Source of the DNA: a virus
Reading direction: 5' to 3' (one strand)
Virus record (IMG/VR): IMGVR_UViG_3300032116_000064
Location: 1-64,000 of that record
Length of the DNA: 64,000 bases
Shown here: in pieces, positions 1 through 6,200 of the stretch
How the letters are laid out: each line of letters opens with the position of its first letter
Position numbering within the stretch: the first letter of the stretch is position 1
Program-made: the position numbers and the translations under genes
The notes under the pieces: model-generated
Told to the model about the DNA's origin: nothing
The model's input: only the letters and a program-made list of their open reading frames with translations
Databases searched by the model: none

Positions 1-251
1 TCACGCGAACCGGGCTTTCCTACCTTGGTGATCATAAGATCACTACCCCCTAAAACGCGGGGATCAACCTTTTCGCTCTTGACCTTGCCAGATCGACGCA
101 AAGCCTTGCGATTGAACTTCAAAACTTTTTCACTGCGAATCGGACCATACACTCCATCGGCTAGACTAGGCTGGTGAGGGATAGCGATTCCGAGAAAGCA
201 CATGCGAGCCTGTCGCTTTGCATCTTCGATGATTTGAAACTTGGTAGCCAT
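1..251 (-). CDS. small early-region hypothetical protein (3' end runs off window)
   Basis: Hand-translated: ATG at 251, MATKFQIIEDAKRQARMCFLGIAIPHQPSLADGVYGPIRSEKVLKFNRKALRRSGKVK..., open to base 1; AAAGGAAAAGAAA leader and promoter 284-312 upstream. Confidence 0.7.
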   Translation of the reverse strand, partial: MATKFQIIEDAKRQARMCFLGIAIPHQPSLADGVYGPIRSEKVLKFNRKALRRSGKVKSEKVDPRVLGGSDLMITKVGKPGSR

Positions 252-283
252 TTTCTTTTCCTTTGGGTTACTTATGATGATGG

Positions 284-312
284 ATTGTACGAAACTTTTC
301 TTGCTCTGTCAA
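284..312 (-). promoter_or_regulatory. sigma70-type promoter TTGACA-17-TACAAT
   Basis: Minus strand TTGACA(312-307) N17 TACAAT(289-284); the -35 overlaps the TGA stop of the upstream gene. Confidence 0.8.
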
Positions 313-512
313 GAGAGACTGAAACCCAGTTCCATTTCCAGAGACATTTTGCAAACCTTGTCACGAAGAGCGTGAAGTCTAGCGGCTTCTGCCTTATAGG
401 CTTCGTGCTGTTCACCCTGCGTAATCGGCAGGATGGTATCCATAATCCGATTTTCACGGTGGATAATGGCAAGGTGGATGTCTTTCAGTTCAGCAGTAGT
501 CAGGTTTCTCAT
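309..512 (-). CDS. small early-region hypothetical protein (67 aa)
   Basis: ORF track; purine-rich leader and own promoter at 547-575. Confidence 0.75.
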   Translation of the reverse strand: MRNLTTAELKDIHLAIIHRENRIMDTILPITQGEQHEAYKAEAARLHALRDKVCKMSLEMELGFSLS

Positions 513-538
513 TTCGTTTCTCTCTTTCTCTTTCTTAC

Positions 539-575
539 TTATCGGTATTCTATACGAGATTCTTTAGGTTGTCAA
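539..575 (-). promoter_or_regulatory. sigma70-type promoter TTGACA-17-TAGAAT with overlapping sigma28-like TAAA-N16-ACCGATAA
   Basis: TTGACA 575-570, TAGAAT 552-547; TAAA 566-563 and CCGATAA 545-539. Confidence 0.7.
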
Positions 576-576
576 G

Positions 577-729
577 TCACCATTCGCCATCATCTTGACC
601 GGGAATGTAGTCCCTTTCATAGACTTCTGTGACGATTTCGCAATGCTCACCACAAGCAGAGCAGATACCATAATCGGGGTTACTCTCACAACCACAGCAA
701 TCGGAAACGAAAAAAACTAACTCATTCAT
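577..729 (-). CDS. small Cys-rich putative zinc-ribbon protein (50 aa)
   Basis: Hand-translated MNELVFFVSDCCGCESNPDYGICSACGEHCEIVTEVYERDYIPGQDDGEW; CCG...CxxCGEHC motif; own promoter 757-784; not in ORF track (<60 aa). Confidence 0.75.
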   Translation of the reverse strand: MNELVFFVSDCCGCESNPDYGICSACGEHCEIVTEVYERDYIPGQDDGEW

Positions 730-756
730 AACTAACTCTCTTTCTTTCTTTCTCTT

Positions 757-784
757 ATTATACCAAACTTTTCCGTCCCGTCAA
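757..784 (-). promoter_or_regulatory. sigma70-type promoter TTGACG-16-TATAAT (extended -10 TG)
   Basis: TTGACG 784-779, TGGTATAAT ending 757. Confidence 0.75.
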
Positions 785-793
785 CCCCCTCTT

Positions 794-1024
794 TCAGCGG
801 GGGATTGCAATAAATCCCTTGAAATGGGAAAACGTCAACTTGAGAACCCTATTCGGATACTTTTCGTTGATGTACACTTGAGCAGTGCTTTTCCGATTAT
901 CGGTAGCACCGACATACTGTACAACCGTACCGTTTTCATCGGTAACTTTCCAAACCTTCTTTTGGACCATCTTGGGAAGGCTTGCAATAAAACTGTTAAT
1001 ATGGGTAACTTTTTCCATTTTCAT
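794..1024 (-). CDS. small hypothetical protein, paralog of 2438-2659
   Basis: About 70% identical by hand alignment to the 73-aa ORF at 2438-2659; ATG at 1024 overlaps upstream stop (TGATG); track start 1027 is TTG. Confidence 0.85.
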   Translation of the reverse strand: MKMEKVTHINSFIASLPKMVQKKVWKVTDENGTVVQYVGATDNRKSTAQVYINEKYPNRVLKLTFSHFKGFIAIPR

Positions 1025-1170
1025 CAACCTTTCATGCTTTCAAAAAACTTACGAACCATTTCATCATTCTTTTTTATATCCTTATTCACAACCGGAAGAC
1101 TATAAGCAATCTTCCTATTGTTTTCATTCTTGATTCTCTTAATCGCATTTTTCATTGTCTTATTCATCAT
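1024..1170 (-). CDS. small basic hypothetical protein (48 aa)
   Basis: Hand-translated MMNKTMKNAIKRIKNENNRKIAYSLPVVNKDIKKNDEMVRKFFESMKG; directly downstream of sigma54 promoter; coupled to the next gene. Confidence 0.65.
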   Translation of the reverse strand: MMNKTMKNAIKRIKNENNRKIAYSLPVVNKDIKKNDEMVRKFFESMKG

Positions 1171-1203
1171 CTTTCAAACTCTCTTTCTTATACCTATATA
1201 TAG

Positions 1204-1219
1204 AGCAATCGGTGTGCCA
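1204..1219 (-). promoter_or_regulatory. sigma54 (RpoN) -24/-12 promoter
   Basis: Minus strand TGGCAC-ACCGA-TTGCT matches TGGCAC-N5-TTGCW; about 35 nt upstream of ATG 1170. Confidence 0.7.
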
Positions 1220-1290
1220 AACATAGATTATTTTTTTGTGCGTATTTCGCGGGAAAAACGCTATGCTATTTTCTGTGCCTAGAGATTAAG

Positions 1291-1371
1291 CGTAGCATTT
1301 TGCTACAGTGTGTTGCATTTTGCTATAGCACTTTTGGCCGAGAAACTATAGCAGTGTAGCATTTTGCAACA
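1291..1371. promoter_or_regulatory. three 17-bp palindromes (TGTWGCA-TTT-TGCWACA), candidate enhancer-binding-protein sites
   Basis: CGTAGCATTTTGCTACA 1291-1307, TGTTGCATTTTGCTATA 1311-1327, TGTAGCATTTTGCAACA 1355-1371; 70-150 bp upstream of the sigma54 promoter. Confidence 0.6.
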
Positions 1372-1454
1372 GATACCCTATCTTACCACGCCTATTCCTT
1401 GAGCATGGGATATTTTATTCCTAAACACCTCATCGATACGATGTCCTCATTAGT

Positions 1455-1483
1455 CGTAAGTCTATATATAGCAAGGGTTTACG
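1455..1483. repeat. 29-bp 11-7-11 inverted-repeat site, copy 1
   Basis: CGTAAGTCTAT-ATATAGC-AAGGGTTTACG. Confidence 0.75.
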
Positions 1484-1507
1484 TCAAATCCGGCCCGCCG
1501 CCCTCGC

Positions 1508-1536
1508 CATAAGTCCTTATGTGGTAAGGCTTTACG
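1508..1536. repeat. 29-bp 11-7-11 inverted-repeat site, copy 2
   Basis: CATAAGTCCTT-ATGTGGT-AAGGCTTTACG. Confidence 0.7.
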
Positions 1537-1537
1537 T

Positions 1538-1603
1538 TCAATCCTTACACAGTGTACATACGAACAGCCCAATATACGATACCATGAATACTAGAGCGGT
1601 CAT
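1538..1603 (-). CDS. putative 21-aa hydrophobic peptide
   Basis: MTALVFMVSYIGLFVCTLCKD with GGGGA just upstream; stop abuts the 11-7-11 site. Confidence 0.4.
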   Translation of the reverse strand: MTALVFMVSYIGLFVCTLCKD

Positions 1604-1654
1604 TCTATCCCCTATTGTGGGTGGGTGCTTACCGGTGTGGGTAGGGTGATACGT

Positions 1655-1870
1655 TCATGTAGCATGAATGAACACCTGTTCACTCTTAGTCTGATTCGTG
1701 ATGGTCACGATCCAGTTACGACCACTACCATCCTCACGCATGATAGCATTGACAAGGCCAACGTGAGTATTACCCTTCGGGTCGATCACGGCGGTATACT
1801 TACCAGTTACCATAGATGCGAAGATGGTGTTGAGGTTATTCTTACGGATAGCGTATGCAGTGCCAAACAT
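1655..1870 (-). CDS. small early-region hypothetical protein (71 aa)
   Basis: ORF track; purine-rich leader; promoter 1904-1931. Confidence 0.8.
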   Translation of the reverse strand: MFGTAYAIRKNNLNTIFASMVTGKYTAVIDPKGNTHVGLVNAIMREDGSGRNWIVTITNQTKSEQVFIHAT

Positions 1871-1903
1871 TTCTTTTCTCTTTCTTTTGGTGATGATGAA
1901 TGT

Positions 1904-1931
1904 ATTGTACAGGAATCTTTTTATTTGTCAA
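1904..1931 (-). promoter_or_regulatory. sigma70-type promoter TTGACA-16-TACAAT
   Basis: TTGACA 1931-1926 overlaps the TGA of ORF 1928-2047; TACAAT 1909-1904. Confidence 0.75.
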
Positions 1932-2047
1932 ATCCCGTCAAGGTATCCGCGAATAGCCTGCCCAACAACGTGAGCAGAGTACGACGCGAACGCAGCGACC
2001 GAAATGTATCCAACGAGCAGCGTATAATCAGCAAAAGTCAAAACCAT
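1928..2047 (-). CDS. small membrane peptide (39 aa)
   Basis: Hand-translated MVLTFADYTLLVGYISVAAFASYSAHVVGQAIRGYLDGI; one hydrophobic segment; starts 1 nt after upstream stop. Confidence 0.6.
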   Translation of the reverse strand: MVLTFADYTLLVGYISVAAFASYSAHVVGQAIRGYLDGI

Positions 2048-2048
2048 T

Positions 2049-2174
2049 TCAGCACTCATACCTTTTCAGAAGGGTAAAGAAATCATTCAACGAGAGATTG
2101 TAGCCTACCTCAATACCGTGAACAAAGAGATTGTATCGGTGAGGGCTTTCGATTGTCCAAGTGATTCGTGTCAT
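2049..2174 (-). CDS. small hypothetical protein (41 aa), probably leaderless
   Basis: MTRITWTIESPHRYNLFVHGIEVGYNLSLNDFFTLLKRYEC; ATG lies 6 nt after TATAAT. Confidence 0.6.
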   Translation of the reverse strand: MTRITWTIESPHRYNLFVHGIEVGYNLSLNDFFTLLKRYEC

Positions 2175-2180
2175 GTTGCT

Positions 2181-2209
2181 ATTATACCTATCGGCTTTCC
2201 GCGTGTCAA
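2181..2209 (-). promoter_or_regulatory. perfect sigma70 promoter TTGACA-17-TATAAT with nested GCCGATA
   Basis: TTGACA 2209-2204, TATAAT 2186-2181, GCCGATA 2195-2189. Confidence 0.85.
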
Positions 2210-2227
2210 GTCCTTAAAGAATATTTT

Positions 2228-2377
2228 TTAGAGAATCGTACCATCACCACGGATACGGTACATGATCCCGCCAATGCTATAGAGGTAGATACCCTCGCCC
2301 ATGTTCTGAACGAACGTTGCGGAATATCCATGACGGGCGACAAGGCGACGAACAACGTTTTGAACTTGGATGGTCAT
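2228..2377 (-). CDS. small hypothetical protein (49 aa)
   Basis: MTIQVQNVVRRLVARHGYSATFVQNMGEGIYLYSIGGIMYRIRGDGTIL; AAAGGAAAAAAGAA leader; own promoter. Confidence 0.7.
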   Translation of the reverse strand: MTIQVQNVVRRLVARHGYSATFVQNMGEGIYLYSIGGIMYRIRGDGTIL

Positions 2378-2401
2378 TTCTTTTTTCCTTTGCTTTTCTC
2401 T

Positions 2402-2429
2402 ATTATAGCGTATGGTTTTTAGTTGTCAA
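2402..2429 (-). promoter_or_regulatory. sigma70 promoter TTGACA-16-TATAAT
   Basis: TTGACA 2429-2424, TATAAT 2407-2402. Confidence 0.8.
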
Positions 2430-2437
2430 GCCCCTTT

Positions 2438-2659
2438 TCAGCGAATCGTAATCAATCCGCCAAAGTGTGAGAAGGTAAGGGTAAGAGCCTGAGAAGGATA
2501 CTTCTCATCGATATACTTCTGAGCGGTATCCTTGCGGTTATCGGTAGCACTCACACACTGGATAACCTTTCCATTCTTATCGGTAACCTTCCAGATTTTC
2601 TTTTCCACAATCCTAGGAAGGCTAGCGATGAAGTCGTTGATATGAGTTGTCTTTTCCAT
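2438..2659 (-). CDS. small hypothetical protein, paralog of 794-1024
   Basis: Shared THINxFIASLP...WKVTDxNG...ATDNRKxTAQxYIxEKYP...LTFSHF. Confidence 0.85.
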   Translation of the reverse strand: MEKTTHINDFIASLPRIVEKKIWKVTDKNGKVIQCVSATDNRKDTAQKYIDEKYPSQALTLTFSHFGGLITIR

Positions 2660-2689
2660 TTTCTTTCTCTCTTTCTTTCTTATGCTCTT

Positions 2690-2717
2690 ATTATACCATA
2701 CTTATCGGCCATGTCAA
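2690..2717 (-). promoter_or_regulatory. sigma70 promoter TTGACA-16-TATAAT with nested GCCGATAA
   Basis: TTGACA 2717-2712, TGGTATAAT ending 2690, GCCGATAA 2709-2702. Confidence 0.8.
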
Positions 2718-2776
2718 GGGGCAATCTCAAATATTTTTAAATATAATCTTGTGCCAAAGCAATAAATATTCTCTAT

Positions 2777-2792
2777 AGCAAACGCTGTGCCA
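2777..2792 (-). promoter_or_regulatory. sigma54 -24/-12 promoter
   Basis: Minus strand TGGCAC-AGCGT-TTGCT; a third TGGCAC with degenerate -12 lies at 2741-2756. Confidence 0.65.
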
Positions 2793-2840
2793 AATACATT
2801 ATTCTCTTAAACAGAAGATCGTGATGATCATGTGATTAGT

Positions 2841-2869
2841 CGTAAGTCTATGTGCTATAAGGGTTTACG
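2841..2869. repeat. 29-bp 11-7-11 inverted-repeat site, copy 3
   Basis: CGTAAGTCTAT-GTGCTAT-AAGGGTTTACG; arms identical to copy 1; flanks also conserved (TAAACA-N4-ATCG-N4-GAT-N6-ATTAGT before, CAAA-N2-CGGCCC after). Confidence 0.8.
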
Positions 2870-3027
2870 GCAAACGCGGCCCACCCTAGACTCTCTGATG
2901 TTAAGATAGGGGATATAGGGGGGTTTTACTTTATAGAAGGTTTTTTCTACGACATGCCGGAAAGTCGAGGGTAGTTGGAACGCAATAATCATTAAATCTT
3001 TGATAAGTATTACCCCATCTTCTTGGA

Positions 3028-3843
3028 TCACCCTTGAGTCTGCCTATCTCTTGCATTTTCTCGGTACGATCCACCCTCAAGATGTTTTGGATTCACACAT
3101 CGTCGGTTGTTACACTTGTGTCTGACTAGTTCTGGATATTCACCAGTATATTTGAACAGTGAAACGCGATGAGGTTTGAAATATCTTGTTGCTACCTGTA
3201 TACTTCTACCATATCCATGATAATCAACACTTCTCCACTCCCAACAACCGCTGTCGGTAACAGTATAGTTATCCTCATTTAATTTCTGAGCCGCCATCAA
3301 TAGCTCTTCCTTTACCTCTTCTATATCGATATTGCGCCAAGCGTTATATAGGCCACAATATGAAGCTATCATCTTACTCTCTTTAAACAGTAAATCATTT
3401 TCATCTTCTAGCGACCAAATATAACAATTGATTGATAATCGATCATTGTAGTGAAACTGCATAAAAGCGTTGTAGTGACTATTAGAGTTTAGAGATGCTA
3501 GATGGTTTTTGTATCTCTCCCCAATATTAGTAGAACTACCAACATAATATCCTACATATCCATTCTTCTTCCTCATTTCGATAACGTATATGCCGCATTG
3601 TTCTAGATTGAAATCAACTGTAGATTTCTGAGATAATTCTATCGAAGAAATAGTTTTAATATCAAAGTCTTTACAAATCTTTTTGATTTGTGCGTAACTT
3701 AATCCTGTAATAGTTTCTATTTCTAAAAACGTAAGATGTTTATTTCTTAGAGAACGAATCTGATTTGCTTCAGCCAACCCAAATCCAAATTGATTTCTTT
3801 TACGTCGTTTGATCACATCCATTGAACCTTTTGGTCTACTCAT
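3028..3843 (-). CDS. free-standing homing endonuclease-like protein with GIY-YIG and HNH domains
   Basis: GIYVI...YYVGSS..IGERYKNH...E (GIY-YIG); C-terminal CWEW...GYG...HRVS...VRHKCNNRRCVNPKHL...EN (HNH_3-like); N-terminal HTH-like segment. Confidence 0.8.
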   Translation of the reverse strand: MSRPKGSMDVIKRRKRNQFGFGLAEANQIRSLRNKHLTFLEIETITGLSYAQIKKICKDFDIKTISSIELSQKSTVDFNLEQCGIYVIEMRKKNGYVGYYVGSSTNIGERYKNHLASLNSNSHYNAFMQFHYNDRLSINCYIWSLEDENDLLFKESKMIASYCGLYNAWRNIDIEEVKEELLMAAQKLNEDNYTVTDSGCWEWRSVDYHGYGRSIQVATRYFKPHRVSLFKYTGEYPELVRHKCNNRRCVNPKHLEGGSYRENARDRQTQG

Positions 3844-3992
3844 TTTAACGTCCCTTAATTATAAGATAAAACCACCCCTATATCATACACGTTTTTCAAA
3901 AGAAATACTACCAGTATCGTATATTAGTACTACCCAATCCACCCCCATTGCCCCTGCTAGATTCATTGAATCTGTTAATTTATCTATATGGC

Positions 3993-4000
3993 GTGTATAA
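3993..4000 (+). promoter_or_regulatory. putative late promoter GTGTATAA
   Basis: Motif recurs in intergenic DNA before late genes; divergent copy GTGTATGA on minus strand at 3883-3890. Confidence 0.6.
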
Positions 4001-4020
4001 TGTTGTATAGGAGACATTTT

Positions 4021-4188
4021 ATGAAAAAGAAACAAACAATTGAAACACAATTGGATTGTCGCGCTACAGCTTCTTTACAAGAACAAATAGACTCTGACTT
4101 GCGTCATGAGGATCGTTCTATTGCATCTTTATTAAACGAAGATAAGCACAAGGATAACGACGATAATGACGCCAAAGATAGCGATTGA
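4021..4188 (+). CDS. small acidic hypothetical protein
   Basis: In frame with track ORF 3988-4188; AGGAG at 4009-4013 favours ATG 4021. Confidence 0.6.
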   Translation: MKKKQTIETQLDCRATASLQEQIDSDLRHEDRSIASLLNEDKHKDNDDNDAKDSD

Positions 4189-4942
4189 AACTTGTAAGCA
4201 GGGCGACCTAGATAATAATGATATTATTCTATGTGGACTACTTGATATAGAAAAGGGAAGCATAGTACTATCAGAGGCTAAATATTACAATTATATATCT
4301 GATGAAAACTCTATAGCTAATACTATTGGATTCGGCCCCGACAATAAGTTCTTCTACAAAATTTCTTCTTATAAAGATAATGCTGTTGTTGGATATGAGA
4401 AGGGTATTGGATATGCCTATGAACATAATAATCAAATCTACTTTAAGCGTGAAGTCCCCCTAATTTACGGTAAAAACGAAAATCACGTTCAATTTATTAA
4501 AAGCTCGTCTAGATTTTATTTTCCAGAAGATTCCATTAGCGTAATAGTCTCTGAGATTCCACCGAGTTTAGCATTACTATATCATGCTCAAAATTCTTTA
4601 GTGGTGGCTAGAGATCCATTTTTTCCAGTTACTCTATCATTACCAAATGATTCTTTACTAGCTACTATTAACGACAATATATGCGCACTATCTTTTGATA
4701 GTAAAGAGTTTAGCGATTACGTGTCGGAAGCTTTATCTAAATACTCAAAACAGCTATCTTTGCGAACTAGTAAGCTTAACGTCAACAAGTTGGCAGCAAA
4801 GCAGTTACAATTAGAACCGTCATCTGGCACTAATGCTAAAAAGGGGACTTTTATTTACGATGAAGAAACTGATACCGTGCAGTTTTATAACGGTGAGAAA
4901 TGGAGAACTCTACAGTGGGTAGACGAAGAAAAAGCGGAATGA
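4166..4942 (+). CDS. hypothetical protein, possibly virion-associated
   Basis: N-terminus resembles that of 39986-42085 (IIL.G...FY.I...YE.G.G); C-terminal KGTFIYDEETDTVQFYNGEKW fibre-type motif. Confidence 0.55.
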   Translation: MTPKIAIETCKQGDLDNNDIILCGLLDIEKGSIVLSEAKYYNYISDENSIANTIGFGPDNKFFYKISSYKDNAVVGYEKGIGYAYEHNNQIYFKREVPLIYGKNENHVQFIKSSSRFYFPEDSISVIVSEIPPSLALLYHAQNSLVVARDPFFPVTLSLPNDSLLATINDNICALSFDSKEFSDYVSEALSKYSKQLSLRTSKLNVNKLAAKQLQLEPSSGTNAKKGTFIYDEETDTVQFYNGEKWRTLQWVDEEKAE

Positions 4943-5427
4943 AAATCCCTAAAAATATGACAGAGGCCCAAGTTATAGATCAGATTAACATTGTTGTTAA
5001 TAGAATGTCGGCCCGCTATACATTCCACGGTTATGAGGTTGATGATATAAAACAAGAAGCTTTCATGATTTGTATGGACGCACTGGAGCGATATGATAGC
5101 AACCGCCCCCTTGAGAATTTCCTAGCAGTTCACTTATCTAACAGGCTTAAAAACTTTGTTCGTGATAACTTTTACACTAAGGGCGAAGAAGAAAAGAAGC
5201 GAGTTCTAAAACCAAGCAGTTTGTCTTATGAAGATTTTACCCCTAGTACAGAATACAACAATGACAATAAAATAGATGCCAGAAGTTTACAAGACACCGT
5301 TGACCGCAAGTTACCTTCAGAATATCGCGCAGATTACTTAAAGTTAATCAATGATGTATACGTGCCAAAGAAACGAAGAGAAGAAATCATAGCGATAATT
5401 AAGGAGTTGTTAGATGAAGAAGGGTAG
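4939..5427 (+). CDS. phage RNA polymerase sigma factor (sigma70 region-2 family)
   Basis: DDIKQEAFMICMDALERYDSNRPLENFLAVHLSNRLKNFVRD matches sigma region 2; ATG 4939 overlaps upstream stop (ATGA). Confidence 0.75.
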   Translation: MKIPKNMTEAQVIDQINIVVNRMSARYTFHGYEVDDIKQEAFMICMDALERYDSNRPLENFLAVHLSNRLKNFVRDNFYTKGEEEKKRVLKPSSLSYEDFTPSTEYNNDNKIDARSLQDTVDRKLPSEYRADYLKLINDVYVPKKRREEIIAIIKELLDEEG

Positions 5428-6199
5428 GATTTCTAAAGACGAGGAACGTATTATCGGGCGACTGATTGATCACGTTACCGTAGAGGATATTGCCAAGCAA
5501 CTCGACCGCGATGTTGAATCGGTTGACAACTTCGTTAAGCGTAAGTTCAAGGTTGGACTATCAAACGAAGAAGCCGCCGCATATTCACTAGAAGACCGCC
5601 CCTACTGGATTGAACTAGAAAACCAGTTTACTCCTTCTGAGTTAGAGCTTTTTAAGTATCACTGGTCGCGCATAATTTCGCAGTTCAAAGATGACGTTTT
5701 TCCAACAGAAGAACTACAGGTAGTAGATGTTATTAAGCTAGAAATACTCATGAACCGCTGCTTGAAGAGTAATAAGGATAATCTCAATGAGATGACCGTT
5801 TTAGAAAAAATGTTAGCAGACGAACGCGCCGTCGATAAGGATCAACGTGACCACGACTACGTTTTAAATCTAGAGCGTCAGCTTGCTTCATTACGGGCTT
5901 CGCAAGAAGCCCTCAATAGGGATTACCGCGAACTCCAAAGCAAAAAGGCTAGTATGTTACGCGAAATGAAGGGAACCCGTGAACAGCGTATTAAACGACT
6001 AGAAGATAGTAAGCAAAGTTTCACCTCTTGGGTTGCTAATTTAATGCAAGATCCAGAAACTCTAAAGCGATACGGGATCGAAATGGAAAAGATGAGGCTT
6101 GCTATGAATAAGGAGCGTGAGCGACTAAGTGCTTTTCATCAATATGAGGATGGGCAGATTGATCAACCATTCTTAACTCCAGATACAGTAATAGATTAA
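5414..6199 (+). CDS. coiled-coil protein with N-terminal HTH-like segment (possible terminase small subunit)
   Basis: TVEDIAKQLDRDVESV helix-turn-helix-like motif; long heptad region; lies upstream of the packaging genes; function inferred from position only. Confidence 0.4.
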   Translation: MKKGRISKDEERIIGRLIDHVTVEDIAKQLDRDVESVDNFVKRKFKVGLSNEEAAAYSLEDRPYWIELENQFTPSELELFKYHWSRIISQFKDDVFPTEELQVVDVIKLEILMNRCLKSNKDNLNEMTVLEKMLADERAVDKDQRDHDYVLNLERQLASLRASQEALNRDYRELQSKKASMLREMKGTREQRIKRLEDSKQSFTSWVANLMQDPETLKRYGIEMEKMRLAMNKERERLSAFHQYEDGQIDQPFLTPDTVID

Positions 6200-6200
6200 A

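Noticed and set aside
174-2422. Plus-strand ORFs 174-632, 824-1105, 885-1133, 1625-2077, 2168-2422
   Set aside because: They are antisense shadows of the minus-strand genes, which have promoters, leaders and a paralog supporting them
1455-2869. 11-7-11 sites as CRISPR repeats or tRNA fragments
   Set aside because: Spacing is irregular (24 bp and 1.3 kb), the centre varies and there is no cloverleaf
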